Shown piece after piece: positions 29,597 through 38,441 of a DNA stretch of 64,000 nt (the first letter of the stretch is position 1; each line of letters opens with the position of its first letter). A program made the translations under genes and the position numbers. Origin of the DNA: Nostoc sp. (GTDB lineage: Bacteria > Cyanobacteriota > Cyanobacteriia > Cyanobacteriales > Nostocaceae); assembly GCF_036917315.1 (NCBI RefSeq), contig NZ_JBALDR010000064.1, positions 159,311 to 223,310 on the forward strand. Direction: 5' to 3'. The notes beneath the pieces were generated by a model. That model did not search any database. It was not told the origin of the DNA and was given only the letters and a program-made list of their open reading frames with translations.

Positions 29597-30337
29597 CTAA
29601 CTCTTAATGAATGTCCACTCTAGTACCTTAATCGGGGCTTTTTGTAGTGCTTGAGTTAATTCGGCGCTGCTCTGAAATTTTACCTGAGAGAGGTCGCAAG
29701 CTTCGATGCTAACCGTGAATTTATGCTCTTGGAAGGGCCAGGGTTTGACAACAACCAACTGATCGCTGCGCTGCATGATGTCATAGCGCTCACCTTCAGG
29801 GCCCTTGCTAATTTCTAAAAACCGCTCATCGTCAGGTAGTTCTTGCTGACAGAGAATAAGCGAAAGGCGATCGCACCATTGCATAAATGCATAGGCTGCA
29901 TCAACTTCCTCCTTTTTGATGCCCAATTCTTTGCGCCAACGTTGCTGGTTTTGAAGTTGCTCGTCTAAAAGTTTGTCTAATTTTGAAGACTTACCGCGGC
30001 TTGACTCATTTAAACGGCTGATGTGCATGGAAATTAATAGAGCTACCCATCGTCCACGGTAAAGAGCATTCTTTGCCAAATTAGCCAATTTATCGACACC
30101 TGCATCTAAATCGGCATTTGTGGAGAGCATGAAGTCCTTTGGCGCACCCGCTTGAGTTAGAATATCTTCTTCCCACTCTTTTTCTAGATCGTCGTGATGA
30201 GAAATTGCAGCTATTGTTTCATATACCCTTGCTGGAGCATCTTTGCGTCGCCATTGTCCTGCTAGTTCAGCTGCTAATAAAGCATGGGCACGATGATAAA
30301 TGACTTCCCAACCATTTGGCGTAGCGTTGACAATCAC
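29597..30337 (-). CDS. DUF3891 family protein
   Basis: MIVN...IYHRAHALLA, AISHHDD, MQWCDRLSLILC, VKPWPF. Confidence 0.8.
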   Translation of the reverse strand: MIVNATPNGWEVIYHRAHALLAAELAGQWRRKDAPARVYETIAAISHHDDLEKEWEEDILTQAGAPKDFMLSTNADLDAGVDKLANLAKNALYRGRWVALLISMHISRLNESSRGKSSKLDKLLDEQLQNQQRWRKELGIKKEEVDAAYAFMQWCDRLSLILCQQELPDDERFLEISKGPEGERYDIMQRSDQLVVVKPWPFQEHKFTVSIEACDLSQVKFQSSAELTQALQKAPIKVLEWTFIKS

Positions 30338-30480
30338 AAGTGAATCTCCTAATTCTGAGTTTTGATTTTGAGTTGAATTAATTTCTGAAGTCAGAAATAT
30401 CGCAGTAGAAATTAAAAGGGGCGCAAGAAATTGCGCCCCGACAACAGGCGCCGCTAAAATACATGAAAATTGCTGTAAAT

Positions 30481-30517
30481 AAAAATCCCGACCTCTTAGA
30501 AAAGTCGGGATTTTTTT
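30481..30517. terminator. Hairpin flanked by A and T runs (bidirectional terminator-like; same family as 57264-57297)
   Basis: aaaaatcccgac ctcttagaaaa gtcgggattttttt. Confidence 0.6.
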
Positions 30518-30659
30518 TGCTCACTCAATGTAGCTAAACAGCCCAACATTTTATAAACAAGGTAGGCTATTTGCCTACCATATTATTGGGAGTTGTTCAG
30601 AATCTGCCAAAAACTCTTTCACTCAAAATAAATCTATATTCTGACTGCAATCTATGCAA

Positions 30660-31352
30660 TTAAGAGTGGCTTTCTAGCGGATTAGCAACGTATTTGAATG
30701 TTGGCTCAGAATTCCAAGGGCCGCGCTCATCCTTACCATCTCCGTTTGTAGATAGATTGTAGTAGAGAGCGACCGTTTCATCTGGCTTAATATTACCAAA
30801 GAAAGGATCTGTCAACTTACCTAGTGAATCTAGAGCTTTCATAAACATCTGAGTATGAGAAATTTCTCGTGTTAACAGATGGACTAAAGTCTCTTGGGTT
30901 CCTTTGTCGGTTGCCAACTTAATCAATTCTTCGTAAGTTTGACGAGCGCCAGCTTCAGCTGCAACGTTAGCTCTTAAATCACGTACTACATCTCCACCCT
31001 CATTCAAGTAACTTGCAGTCCAAGCATTACCTTGGCTATCTAGAAAATGAGGTCCCATTCCTCGGACTGCAAAAAGAGTACTCTTGTAAGCCTCTGTTTG
31101 ATCTACATTTTTAGTATGAGCCTCAATGAGTTTCCCAACCATTTCTAAATGGCTGAATTCCTCAATGGCAATGTCTTGGAGCATGTCTTTAATGCCAGCA
31201 TTTTCGACATGGAATGATTGAACCCAATATTGAAGTGCTGCACTAAGTTCTCCAGTAGCTCCGCCAAACTGCTCTAAAAGCAACTGAGCAAAACGAGGGT
31301 TTGGTTCACTAACGTTAACTGCGTGAATAGGCTCTTTTTTGTGAAAAAACAT
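30660..31352 (-). CDS. katB: Manganese catalase KatB
   Basis: MFFHKKEPI, EQFGGATGELSAALQY, IEEFSHLE, AAEAGAR, TREISH. Confidence 0.96.
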   Translation of the reverse strand: MFFHKKEPIHAVNVSEPNPRFAQLLLEQFGGATGELSAALQYWVQSFHVENAGIKDMLQDIAIEEFSHLEMVGKLIEAHTKNVDQTEAYKSTLFAVRGMGPHFLDSQGNAWTASYLNEGGDVVRDLRANVAAEAGARQTYEELIKLATDKGTQETLVHLLTREISHTQMFMKALDSLGKLTDPFFGNIKPDETVALYYNLSTNGDGKDERGPWNSEPTFKYVANPLESHS

Positions 31353-31517
31353 AGATTTACACTTCCCAAAATTTGGTGTTACACAATGAATCAACTTATC
31401 TTTTAGTCTTTTTCCAGATAGAGCTAATTTGATGTTTTATAGCTTCTTCAACTGGTGAACTAGAAGACGGAATAAAATAGAGTAGTTATCTCAAGGTTGA
31501 TAACTGCCAATCAGCGG

Positions 31518-31818
31518 TTATACATTGCTGCTTCTTCTGATTAATCCCTACAGATAAATAGCAACAATTGCACCAAGCACAGCCACTAAAATACCAGGAG
31601 GAGTTAAATCAGCGCCAGCCGCAGTAATTTGCAGAGTTCCTGTTCTTAACAAGGTAAATAAACTTCCACCGACGAAAGCACCAATGATACCCAAAATCAT
31701 TGTGGAGAGAATTCCGCCGCCTTGATAACCAGGATAAATAGCTTTAGCGTAGGCGTAGCCTGCCGTTAGGCATAGCACCTGCCAAAATTCCTAAAACTAT
31801 CCAAGCAATAATACTCAT
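31518..31818 (-). pseudogene. GlsB/YeaQ/YmgE (transglycosylase-associated) membrane protein, disrupted by a 22-nt insertion and a probable Trp-to-TAG change
   Basis: MSIIAWIVLGILAGA + [22 nt] + IAKAIYPGYQGGGILSTMILGIIGAFVGG. Removing 31750-31771 restores the frame. The TAG at 31548-31550 is followed in frame by GLIRRSSNV-TAA. Confidence 0.85.
31750..31771 (-). mobile_element. 22-nt small dispersed repeat inserted in a HIP1-like site (GCTAT^CGC)
   Basis: Minus strand GCTAT[GCCTAACGGCAGGCTACGCCTA]CGC; same family as 18011-18031. Confidence 0.85.
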
Positions 31819-32345
31819 AACCGCCTCAACAATCTCACTCACTTAATATCTAAGTTATCAACTCTAATTCCAAATTCTTTCTACCAGATGGGGTAAATGC
31901 TAAATCCAAAAGTTATACAAAATAATTTATATCCAGATTGTATAGATTGGATGATAATTGGCATATTTTACATCTTAATGTCAAACAAAAGTTTTAGCAT
32001 ATTTAATTTAGATTTTAGTAAAAATATATAATCACAGATATATTTTTTCCTTGCAAACTCAATGTTAATTTCCTAGTCAATCTATTCTTTTTTATCTCTA
32101 CCCTAAGGCATAAAGTTTGTATCTAACTTTTTGGGGATGTATTAAAAGTATTTGTTCATAAGATTATTGATTATTATCATTATAAATAAATAATTAACCA
32201 AGCCTTTTGTACATTTTTTATTTAACAACTTTATTTGAATTTGCCGATGCTTTGGGGAGGGGAAGTTTTGGCTTTAGATAAAACTGGAGTGGAGTGACGC
32301 GGATAGTGATTGTAAGCCAGTGGACTTAATACCACGTGGGCATTG

Positions 32346-32545
32346 CCCATTGGTGTCAACTTAAGCCGAAAACTATATCAGACAGGCGTTTTGCAAATCC
32401 CTCACGCCCTCATCCCCTAACCCCTTCTCCCTTGGGAGAAGGGGAATTGAATGTCTAGCTCCCCTCTCACTGATGAGAGAGGGGCTGGGGGTGAGGGCAA
32501 AACGTTGTCACCAAGCGGGTTTCATGTTAAATTGACACCAATGGG
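32346..32545. mobile_element. 200-bp MITE with 19-bp TIR and 5-bp direct repeat CATTG
   Basis: cccattggtgtcaacttaa ... ttaaattgacaccaatggg (18/19); cattg at 32341-45 and 32546-50; internal cccctaaccccttctccc...gggagaagggg stems. Confidence 0.8.
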
Positions 32546-32690
32546 CATTGCCGTGCCCCTATACCCCGCGACATAATGTTGTACCGCATCTGAATGGGAA
32601 CCGCTATATAGTCTTAATAATATCCCCTCAACTTTTATTGTTAAATTAGATTGAGGAGATAATATGTGGTAAATATTTGCAAAAGCGATA

Positions 32691-34073
32691 TCAAATAGCG
32701 CGGGAGAACTTTGTCTCTCGCGTTCTTGTGTGAGTATCAAATATAACGGCAATATTTCTTACTAATAATCTCCCGATGTCGGTAATCTGGATTTGATTTT
32801 TTGATAAACTAACTAGACCATCGGCTTCTAGTGGTTTTAACGCCTCTAGTTCCTCAGAGAAATATTCATCAAAACTGATATGATATTTGTTTTCAATATC
32901 TTGCTTATGAAGCTGAAAATGAGACATAATACCCATAATCACATCCCTTCTAATAATATCATTCTGACTGAGTTTGATACCTTTACTAACAGGTAAACTA
33001 CCTGCTGCCAATGTCTGATAATAATCCTTTAATTCTTTGTGGTTTTGAGCATAAGCATCTTCTAACATACTGATGGATGTGGCTCCAAAACCAAATAATT
33101 CTGTCTCGGCGTGGGTAGTGTAGCCCTGAAAATTGCGTTTGAGAGTACCATTACGTTGAGCGATCGCTAGTTCGTCATTAGTTTTAGCAAAGTGATCCAT
33201 GCCAATAAATAGATATTGGTTATTCGTCAATTCTTCAATGGTCATTTTCAGAATCTCTAACTTTTCCTCTGCTGGAGGTAGCGCCTCTTGAGGAATATTT
33301 TTTTGTGTCGGTTTGAGCCACGGCACATAAGCAAAGTTAAAGACAACAATTCGGTCAGGATCTAATTCAATCGTCTTTTTCAGCGTCTCTTGAAATGTCT
33401 CACGTGTTTGATAAGGTAAACCATAAATTAAGTCTACGTTCACACTTTCAAACTTAGCTTCTTTGATCCAACTCATGACATCAAAGAGCATTTCTTCTGG
33501 CTGGACACGATTGACAGCTACTTGAACTTGGCGATTAAAATCCTGAATGCCAAAACTAATGCGGTTAAATCCAATCTGTCTTAGAAAGAAAATGTAGTTT
33601 TTATCGATATAGCGGGGATTAATCTCAATTGAGATTTCTGCTTGGGGATCGATGTTGAAATAGCGATTGATGTTTTTCCATAAAAATTCTACTTGGTGAC
33701 GCTCCAAGTAATTAGGAGTACCACCTCCCCAATGGATTTGCAACACTTTTCTATCAGAATCGATTAAAGCTGCGGTGTTTTTGATGTCTTGAACCAAAGA
33801 CTCTACGTAAGGTTTAGCAATATTCTTGTTGTTGGAAATTACTGTGTTACAGCCGCAGAAGTAGCAAGCACTTTGGCAGAAGGGGATATGGAAATACAAA
33901 GAAAGAGGGGTTTTGCGTTGATTCGAGGCGGCGATCGCGGCCTTAAAATCAGTTTCAGTGAATGTTTCGCTTAACTCTGTAGCAGGTGGGTAACTGGTAT
34001 ATCTAGGTGCGCGAGTGTCGTACTTTTGAATCAGATCCAGATCGAACTTGACACCAGGTAATAGAAAAACCAT
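32691..34073 (-). CDS. hemN: Oxygen-independent coproporphyrinogen III oxidase
   Basis: PRYTSYP, YFHIPFCQSACYFCGC (radical SAM), WGGGTP, GMDHFA, RNFQGY. The ORF-track N-terminal extension is repeat-derived. Confidence 0.96.
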   Translation of the reverse strand: MVFLLPGVKFDLDLIQKYDTRAPRYTSYPPATELSETFTETDFKAAIAASNQRKTPLSLYFHIPFCQSACYFCGCNTVISNNKNIAKPYVESLVQDIKNTAALIDSDRKVLQIHWGGGTPNYLERHQVEFLWKNINRYFNIDPQAEISIEINPRYIDKNYIFFLRQIGFNRISFGIQDFNRQVQVAVNRVQPEEMLFDVMSWIKEAKFESVNVDLIYGLPYQTRETFQETLKKTIELDPDRIVVFNFAYVPWLKPTQKNIPQEALPPAEEKLEILKMTIEELTNNQYLFIGMDHFAKTNDELAIAQRNGTLKRNFQGYTTHAETELFGFGATSISMLEDAYAQNHKELKDYYQTLAAGSLPVSKGIKLSQNDIIRRDVIMGIMSHFQLHKQDIENKYHISFDEYFSEELEALKPLEADGLVSLSKNQIQITDIGRLLVRNIAVIFDTHTRTRETKFSRAI

Positions 34074-34120
34074 TGAGTTGCTTTCCAATGAATGAAGGGA
34101 GTAGGTAGAGACGTGATTAA

Positions 34121-34234
34121 TGGGGAGCAGGGGAGCAGGGGAGCAGGGGAGCGGGGGAGCAGAGGAGAAGTTACAGTCAGTTTTTCCCCTCTGCCTCTTG
34201 TGCCCAATGACAAATGACAAATGACAAATGACAA
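34121..34234. repeat. GGGGAGCA octamer array plus AATGACA heptamers between heme oxygenase and hemN
   Basis: ggggagcaggggagcaggggagcaggggagcgggggagcagagg ... aatgacaaatgacaaatgacaaatgacaa. Confidence 0.85.
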
Positions 34235-34236
34235 AA

Positions 34237-34953
34237 TTAATTAGCCGCAGCTACTTCAGTGCTACCTGAATTCTGAGAACGAGTGAGGCTATTAAAGAGA
34301 ACTTGACCGAGTGCTTTAATTAAACTTCCCTCTAATTCTTGAGCCATCTTTAAATTGAACCCAAAGGCATTATTGGCTTCTGCAACAATCCGTTCTGCTG
34401 TTATATCATCAACGGGTAATGCATTTAATGCCTGACGATACTTATCCTTAAATGCCTTTTTGTCAGGAATTTGCTCAAAGTTATAAAAGGATGTGCCTTC
34501 ATAGCCAGAAAGCTTCAGGGCTGACTGAGCAACTTTTTGTAGCATTTGACCCCCAGAAAGATCGCCCATGTAGCGAGTGTAGGCATGACCTAGCAATAAG
34601 GCTGGTTCACTAGCAGAAATTTCCCGAATGCGGTCAATGTAGCTCTGGGCAGCAGGTGAGGGTGTAACTTGCTCTCTCCAATTATCCCCATAATAGAACA
34701 CCATGTCTTTTTCGAGTGAGGATTGGCGATTAAGTTCAGGAAAGTAAACCGCACTAATCACAGGATGCTTTACATGGCTCTCTAATGCCGCTTCTAGTTC
34801 GCTGTAGACGTAATACAAGTTGCTTAAGAATTTAGCGAAGCAGTCTCTATCCACAACTCCTTGCAAAAAACATTTCATGAATGCCACATTTTCCGCTGAT
34901 GTGTGGGCTTGTTGAGTTCCAGAGCGGAGTTTGATGGCTAGATTGCTACTCAT
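34237..34953 (-). CDS. Heme oxygenase (biliverdin-producing), paralog linked to hemN
   Basis: LRSGTQQAHTSAEN, HAYTRYMGDLSGGQ, EANNAFGFN. Confidence 0.95.
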   Translation of the reverse strand: MSSNLAIKLRSGTQQAHTSAENVAFMKCFLQGVVDRDCFAKFLSNLYYVYSELEAALESHVKHPVISAVYFPELNRQSSLEKDMVFYYGDNWREQVTPSPAAQSYIDRIREISASEPALLLGHAYTRYMGDLSGGQMLQKVAQSALKLSGYEGTSFYNFEQIPDKKAFKDKYRQALNALPVDDITAERIVAEANNAFGFNLKMAQELEGSLIKALGQVLFNSLTRSQNSGSTEVAAAN

Positions 34954-35320
34954 TGTTGCTTCCTTCATGTTCAAGCGCAAGGTTTTGGGCAGTCACCGAC
35001 TCACGATGCCTACCACGACCAGCTAAAAAATTGTTATTCTAGGTTTAGAAAGGATCTGCATCACTCTATCCACAACTGCCGATGCAAATCCCAGCTATTT
35101 TTATTTCTCCTAAGATTATTTAACTATTCATTCATATATAGCTATTAAGATATTCATATTTATTTATGTTTTTCTGATGCTGATATTCAGGCACATCCTA
35201 GTTGACTAGTAACAAAAATGGTTGTGAGATAGGCATTTAAACTCTTCTGAAAGGATGGGCGATCGGCGCTGAACTCGTGACTTATGGTCGTAAGTGTGCA
35301 GCTTGCAGAAATAAAACTTG

Positions 35321-35441
35321 GGCGTTGCATATTTGCGGGATGATTTTGCTAGTTTTGTGGGATGGGCATCTTGCCCGTCCCTTGTATTTCAGGGCGCTCG
35401 TGTCGCCCACGCTACAAGAATCATCCCTTGATTCAGCAACG
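35321..35441. mobile_element. Degenerate MITE-like element with internal REP-like hairpins
   Basis: cgttgcatatttgcgggatgatt ... aatcatcccttgattcagcaacg imperfect TIR; internal gggcatcttgcccg. Confidence 0.55.
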
Positions 35442-35743
35442 TATTTTAGTGCTATTGAAGGAAAAATTTAACTTAATCTTATCCTTGTTTTGATTTGTTC
35501 TTAGTTGTACTAAAACTTTTAATACAATATATTCTATTTAATTAGTAGTAAATCTTCTATAAAAATCCAATTTAATTTTTGAAAAGCTTGCCTGCTATAG
35601 CTTTGAGTGATGTAAACCAGAGCTTCAGTATACTTAAGAAGATTAATACCGGATTCTTAAGAGTTCTATGTGATATTCTCAAAACAGATTTAAGGATTCA
35701 GCTGACCGTTTGGTATGGCCCTCACTAAATCAGGATAAACTCT

Positions 35744-38005
35744 ATGTATAGATTCCAGATCAGTGCATACACTCAAACGGGCGAATCCATTGGTCTGGTG
35801 GGTTCTACTCCAGAGTTGGGTTTGTGGGATATTAGTAAATGTGTTCATCTGCGTACAAGTGGCGATCGCTATCCTTTATGGTGGACAAATATTGATATTC
35901 AAGAGTCAGCCGATGTCTCACGACAAGCCACTTCGTGTCTACGCCAGAAAGTTGAATACAAGTATGTGCGTCTCGATGCAAACGGTAATGCCCGATGGGA
36001 GAGCTTACTAGATACAAACCGCTGGATTCCCATTGAGTCTAACAATCGTGCCAACACAATTATTGTGGATGATGGCGCATTCGGTTATTTACAACCTTAT
36101 CCGTTCGGATATATTGAGAACCCTGCTGTCCGAATACCCGTAGATGAAGACTCTGAAGGGTTAAAAATCGTAGTCATTGGTAGTTCCGTTGCATTAGGTC
36201 ATAAAGCCTGGTTTTTGCAAGGTTGGGTCTGGTTGTTGGCACAGGCTTTACAGCAAAAATATGGGCATAAACTCGTGAATGTGTCGGAGGTGGGGGCGAA
36301 TGTCAGCAGAACGATCGCTCGATTCCCCTGGTTTGTCACCCCAGAAAAACCGGATATCGTCATCATTGCCCTATCTCTGGGTAACGAAGGGTTAGCTTAC
36401 TGTTCCCCTCACGAACGGCGGGCGGCACAACGGCGGTTTGAAAGTGGCTTGCAGCAGCTTGTGAAAATGACGCGCGACATCGGAGCAATCCCGATTCTAG
36501 GCGGAGTCTATCCCAACGGTGATTATTCCTTAGAACATTATCGGCTAATCCGAGACACACACAAACGGATGCTAAGTTGGGGCGTGACTGTATTGGATTG
36601 GTTGGCAGCCGTGGATGATGGACAAGGACGATGGAAAGCTGGGACATCCTTCGATCCGGCTCACCCGAATACAGTCGGTCATAGCCTTATGTATCAGCAG
36701 ATCGACCACCATTTATTCGATATCGACAAAGACGAATTAGCAAAAGAAAAACAAAGCTTCCAGCAACCGAATGAATTTCCTATCTACTTTGATAATGGGG
36801 GCTTTCATATCTCTGTGTGTATAGAAGAGAAGCGTTTACGGATCGTTAATTCATCGGAATACAGCTACACGATCGCTCCCTATTGGCAAGAACTACAAAC
36901 TGCACTGCAAAGTAAGGCTGGATTGATACCGGGTATTTACATTGCGAAGTCTGTCAAGCCGGGGACGCTCCCTTTCTTGGCTGTAGAGGATGGTGCGATC
37001 GCAACTACAATAAACATCCCCCCAAATACCGATCTAGAATATAGCCCCGCCTTCAATCTCTTTTCGTCGAACAACGTTTTATTCGATGACGGGCATTTGG
37101 GGATTTTGCAAGCAGATGAACGCCACCTTTGGATAATCAACGAATCAGACAGCGAGTACAACATTCAGCCGATGTGGACGGAAGTTTGTAACGCACTTAA
37201 AGCCATGCCATCGGGTGTTTATGAAGATCCGCTTTATCCCGATGTCCCGTTTCGCACGATGATGATTGGTAAGGATGGGCTAGAAAGTCGGGTGAAAGCA
37301 CCACCTAAGTCTGCGGTGTTGTTCCAATACAAATGTGAGTTATCGGATATCAGCCGTGTGGCAATTCTTCCCCTTGGCGATCGCTGTGCCGTCCGCATGA
37401 TGCTATATAAGATGGAATATGATGGGCCCGCCTTTCCGTTTGATCTAACGCGCACCACTAATATTGCAGATGTTGCGGATGCGATCGAACACGGTTTTGA
37501 TGATATGTGGAACCCTGCTTTTTTGCATTACAGTCCTGATGCAGGCAGAATTTACCATAGTAAGTGGTCGGGTTTATCCTTTGCCCATGAAGTTGAGGAG
37601 ACAGACGACCCCACGAACGATATGTTTCCCGTCCATGAACGGATGCGCGTTCGTTACACAGCACGCTCTGAAAGGTTTTGGTATGCACTGCGGCATTGCG
37701 ACAAAGTGCTTTTTGTTCGCACAGGAATTAGCGATCGCGGTGGTGTAATTGATCTGGTCAAGAAGCTAGAAAAACAATGCCAGGGGAAGCCATTTCATTT
37801 GTTGCTTCTTTCTCCCCAAAGCGGCGATGAGTTTTTAGACCTTCCCAATGTGCTGCATTACAATGTCGAGTTTAATCCCGATCGCATGTATGACGATTTG
37901 GGACACTGGATGTACTGCACAGAGGTGATGCGAGAAATTCTGCAATCCCTTGGTGTGTCCAGTAAAAACCTTTTTTGGTGTCCGCCGAAAATACCCAAGG
38001 TGTGA
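35744..38005 (+). CDS. CBM20 + SGNH/GDSL hydrolase + DUF1796 (papain-like) fusion protein
   Basis: GESIGLVGSTPELGLWD...YPLWW...VEYKY (CBM20); VIGSSV, GAN, SLGNEG, DPAHP (SGNH blocks); LPLGDRCAVR...FPFD (DUF1796-like). Confidence 0.8.
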   Translation: MYRFQISAYTQTGESIGLVGSTPELGLWDISKCVHLRTSGDRYPLWWTNIDIQESADVSRQATSCLRQKVEYKYVRLDANGNARWESLLDTNRWIPIESNNRANTIIVDDGAFGYLQPYPFGYIENPAVRIPVDEDSEGLKIVVIGSSVALGHKAWFLQGWVWLLAQALQQKYGHKLVNVSEVGANVSRTIARFPWFVTPEKPDIVIIALSLGNEGLAYCSPHERRAAQRRFESGLQQLVKMTRDIGAIPILGGVYPNGDYSLEHYRLIRDTHKRMLSWGVTVLDWLAAVDDGQGRWKAGTSFDPAHPNTVGHSLMYQQIDHHLFDIDKDELAKEKQSFQQPNEFPIYFDNGGFHISVCIEEKRLRIVNSSEYSYTIAPYWQELQTALQSKAGLIPGIYIAKSVKPGTLPFLAVEDGAIATTINIPPNTDLEYSPAFNLFSSNNVLFDDGHLGILQADERHLWIINESDSEYNIQPMWTEVCNALKAMPSGVYEDPLYPDVPFRTMMIGKDGLESRVKAPPKSAVLFQYKCELSDISRVAILPLGDRCAVRMMLYKMEYDGPAFPFDLTRTTNIADVADAIEHGFDDMWNPAFLHYSPDAGRIYHSKWSGLSFAHEVEETDDPTNDMFPVHERMRVRYTARSERFWYALRHCDKVLFVRTGISDRGGVIDLVKKLEKQCQGKPFHLLLLSPQSGDEFLDLPNVLHYNVEFNPDRMYDDLGHWMYCTEVMREILQSLGVSSKNLFWCPPKIPKV
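35915..35941 (+). mobile_element. 27-nt small dispersed repeat inserted in frame at a HIP1-like site
   Basis: GCCGAT[GTCTCACGACAAGCCACTTCGTGTCTA]CGC; adds VSRQATSCL. Confidence 0.7.
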
Positions 38006-38148
38006 GAAATTAGTTAGTGGCGATCCGCTCAAACCCTTTAAATTACTGCTGGCTAGCGCTTTCTAGTATCTATTTCAGAAAATTTTAGTTATCCTTGAAT
38101 ATGCAATATAAAAAAGATTGGCTCCGGTGATTAAAGCATTTTCATCTT

Positions 38149-38373
38149 ATGACAGACCCCGGATCAAATGATAGCCCGGAATTACTTTCTGTAGCTCAAA
38201 CTGCCAAGCTACTTGATGTAACTCGTCAGCGAATTCACGACCTAATTAAGAACGGTCAGATTATAGCTCACAAACTTGGGCGTTACTATTATATAGAAGT
38301 TGCTGAGGTACAGAGGTATAAGAATCAACCTACTGGAAAACCCTATCAGCCGCGTAGTACAAACTCTCAATGA
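38149..38373 (+). CDS. Excisionase/MerR-like HTH DNA-binding protein (putative R-M controller)
   Basis: LLSVAQTAKLLDVTRQRIHDLIKNGQIIAHKLGRYYYI. Confidence 0.85.
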   Translation: MTDPGSNDSPELLSVAQTAKLLDVTRQRIHDLIKNGQIIAHKLGRYYYIEVAEVQRYKNQPTGKPYQPRSTNSQ

Positions 38374-38409
38374 AACTCTATTGACAATTAGCAATAGAGT
38401 TTCTATACT
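38372..38409 (+). promoter_or_regulatory. Sigma70-type promoter of the methyltransferase overlapped by a perfect 12-8-12 operator-like palindrome
   Basis: gaaactctattg (38372-83) acaattag caatagagtttc (38392-403); TTGACA 38381-86, N17, TATACT 38404-09. Confidence 0.75.
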
Positions 38410-38441
38410 CAAGCTATACTAATGTACTAAAGGTTAAGTCA

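Noticed and set aside
34074-34220. 49-aa N-terminal extension of HemN in the ORF track
   Set aside because: Translation of octamer and heptamer repeats (PLPCSPAPLLP); homolog-like sequence starts at MVFLLPG
35277-35471. 64-aa ORF
   Set aside because: Runs through a degenerate MITE-like repeat
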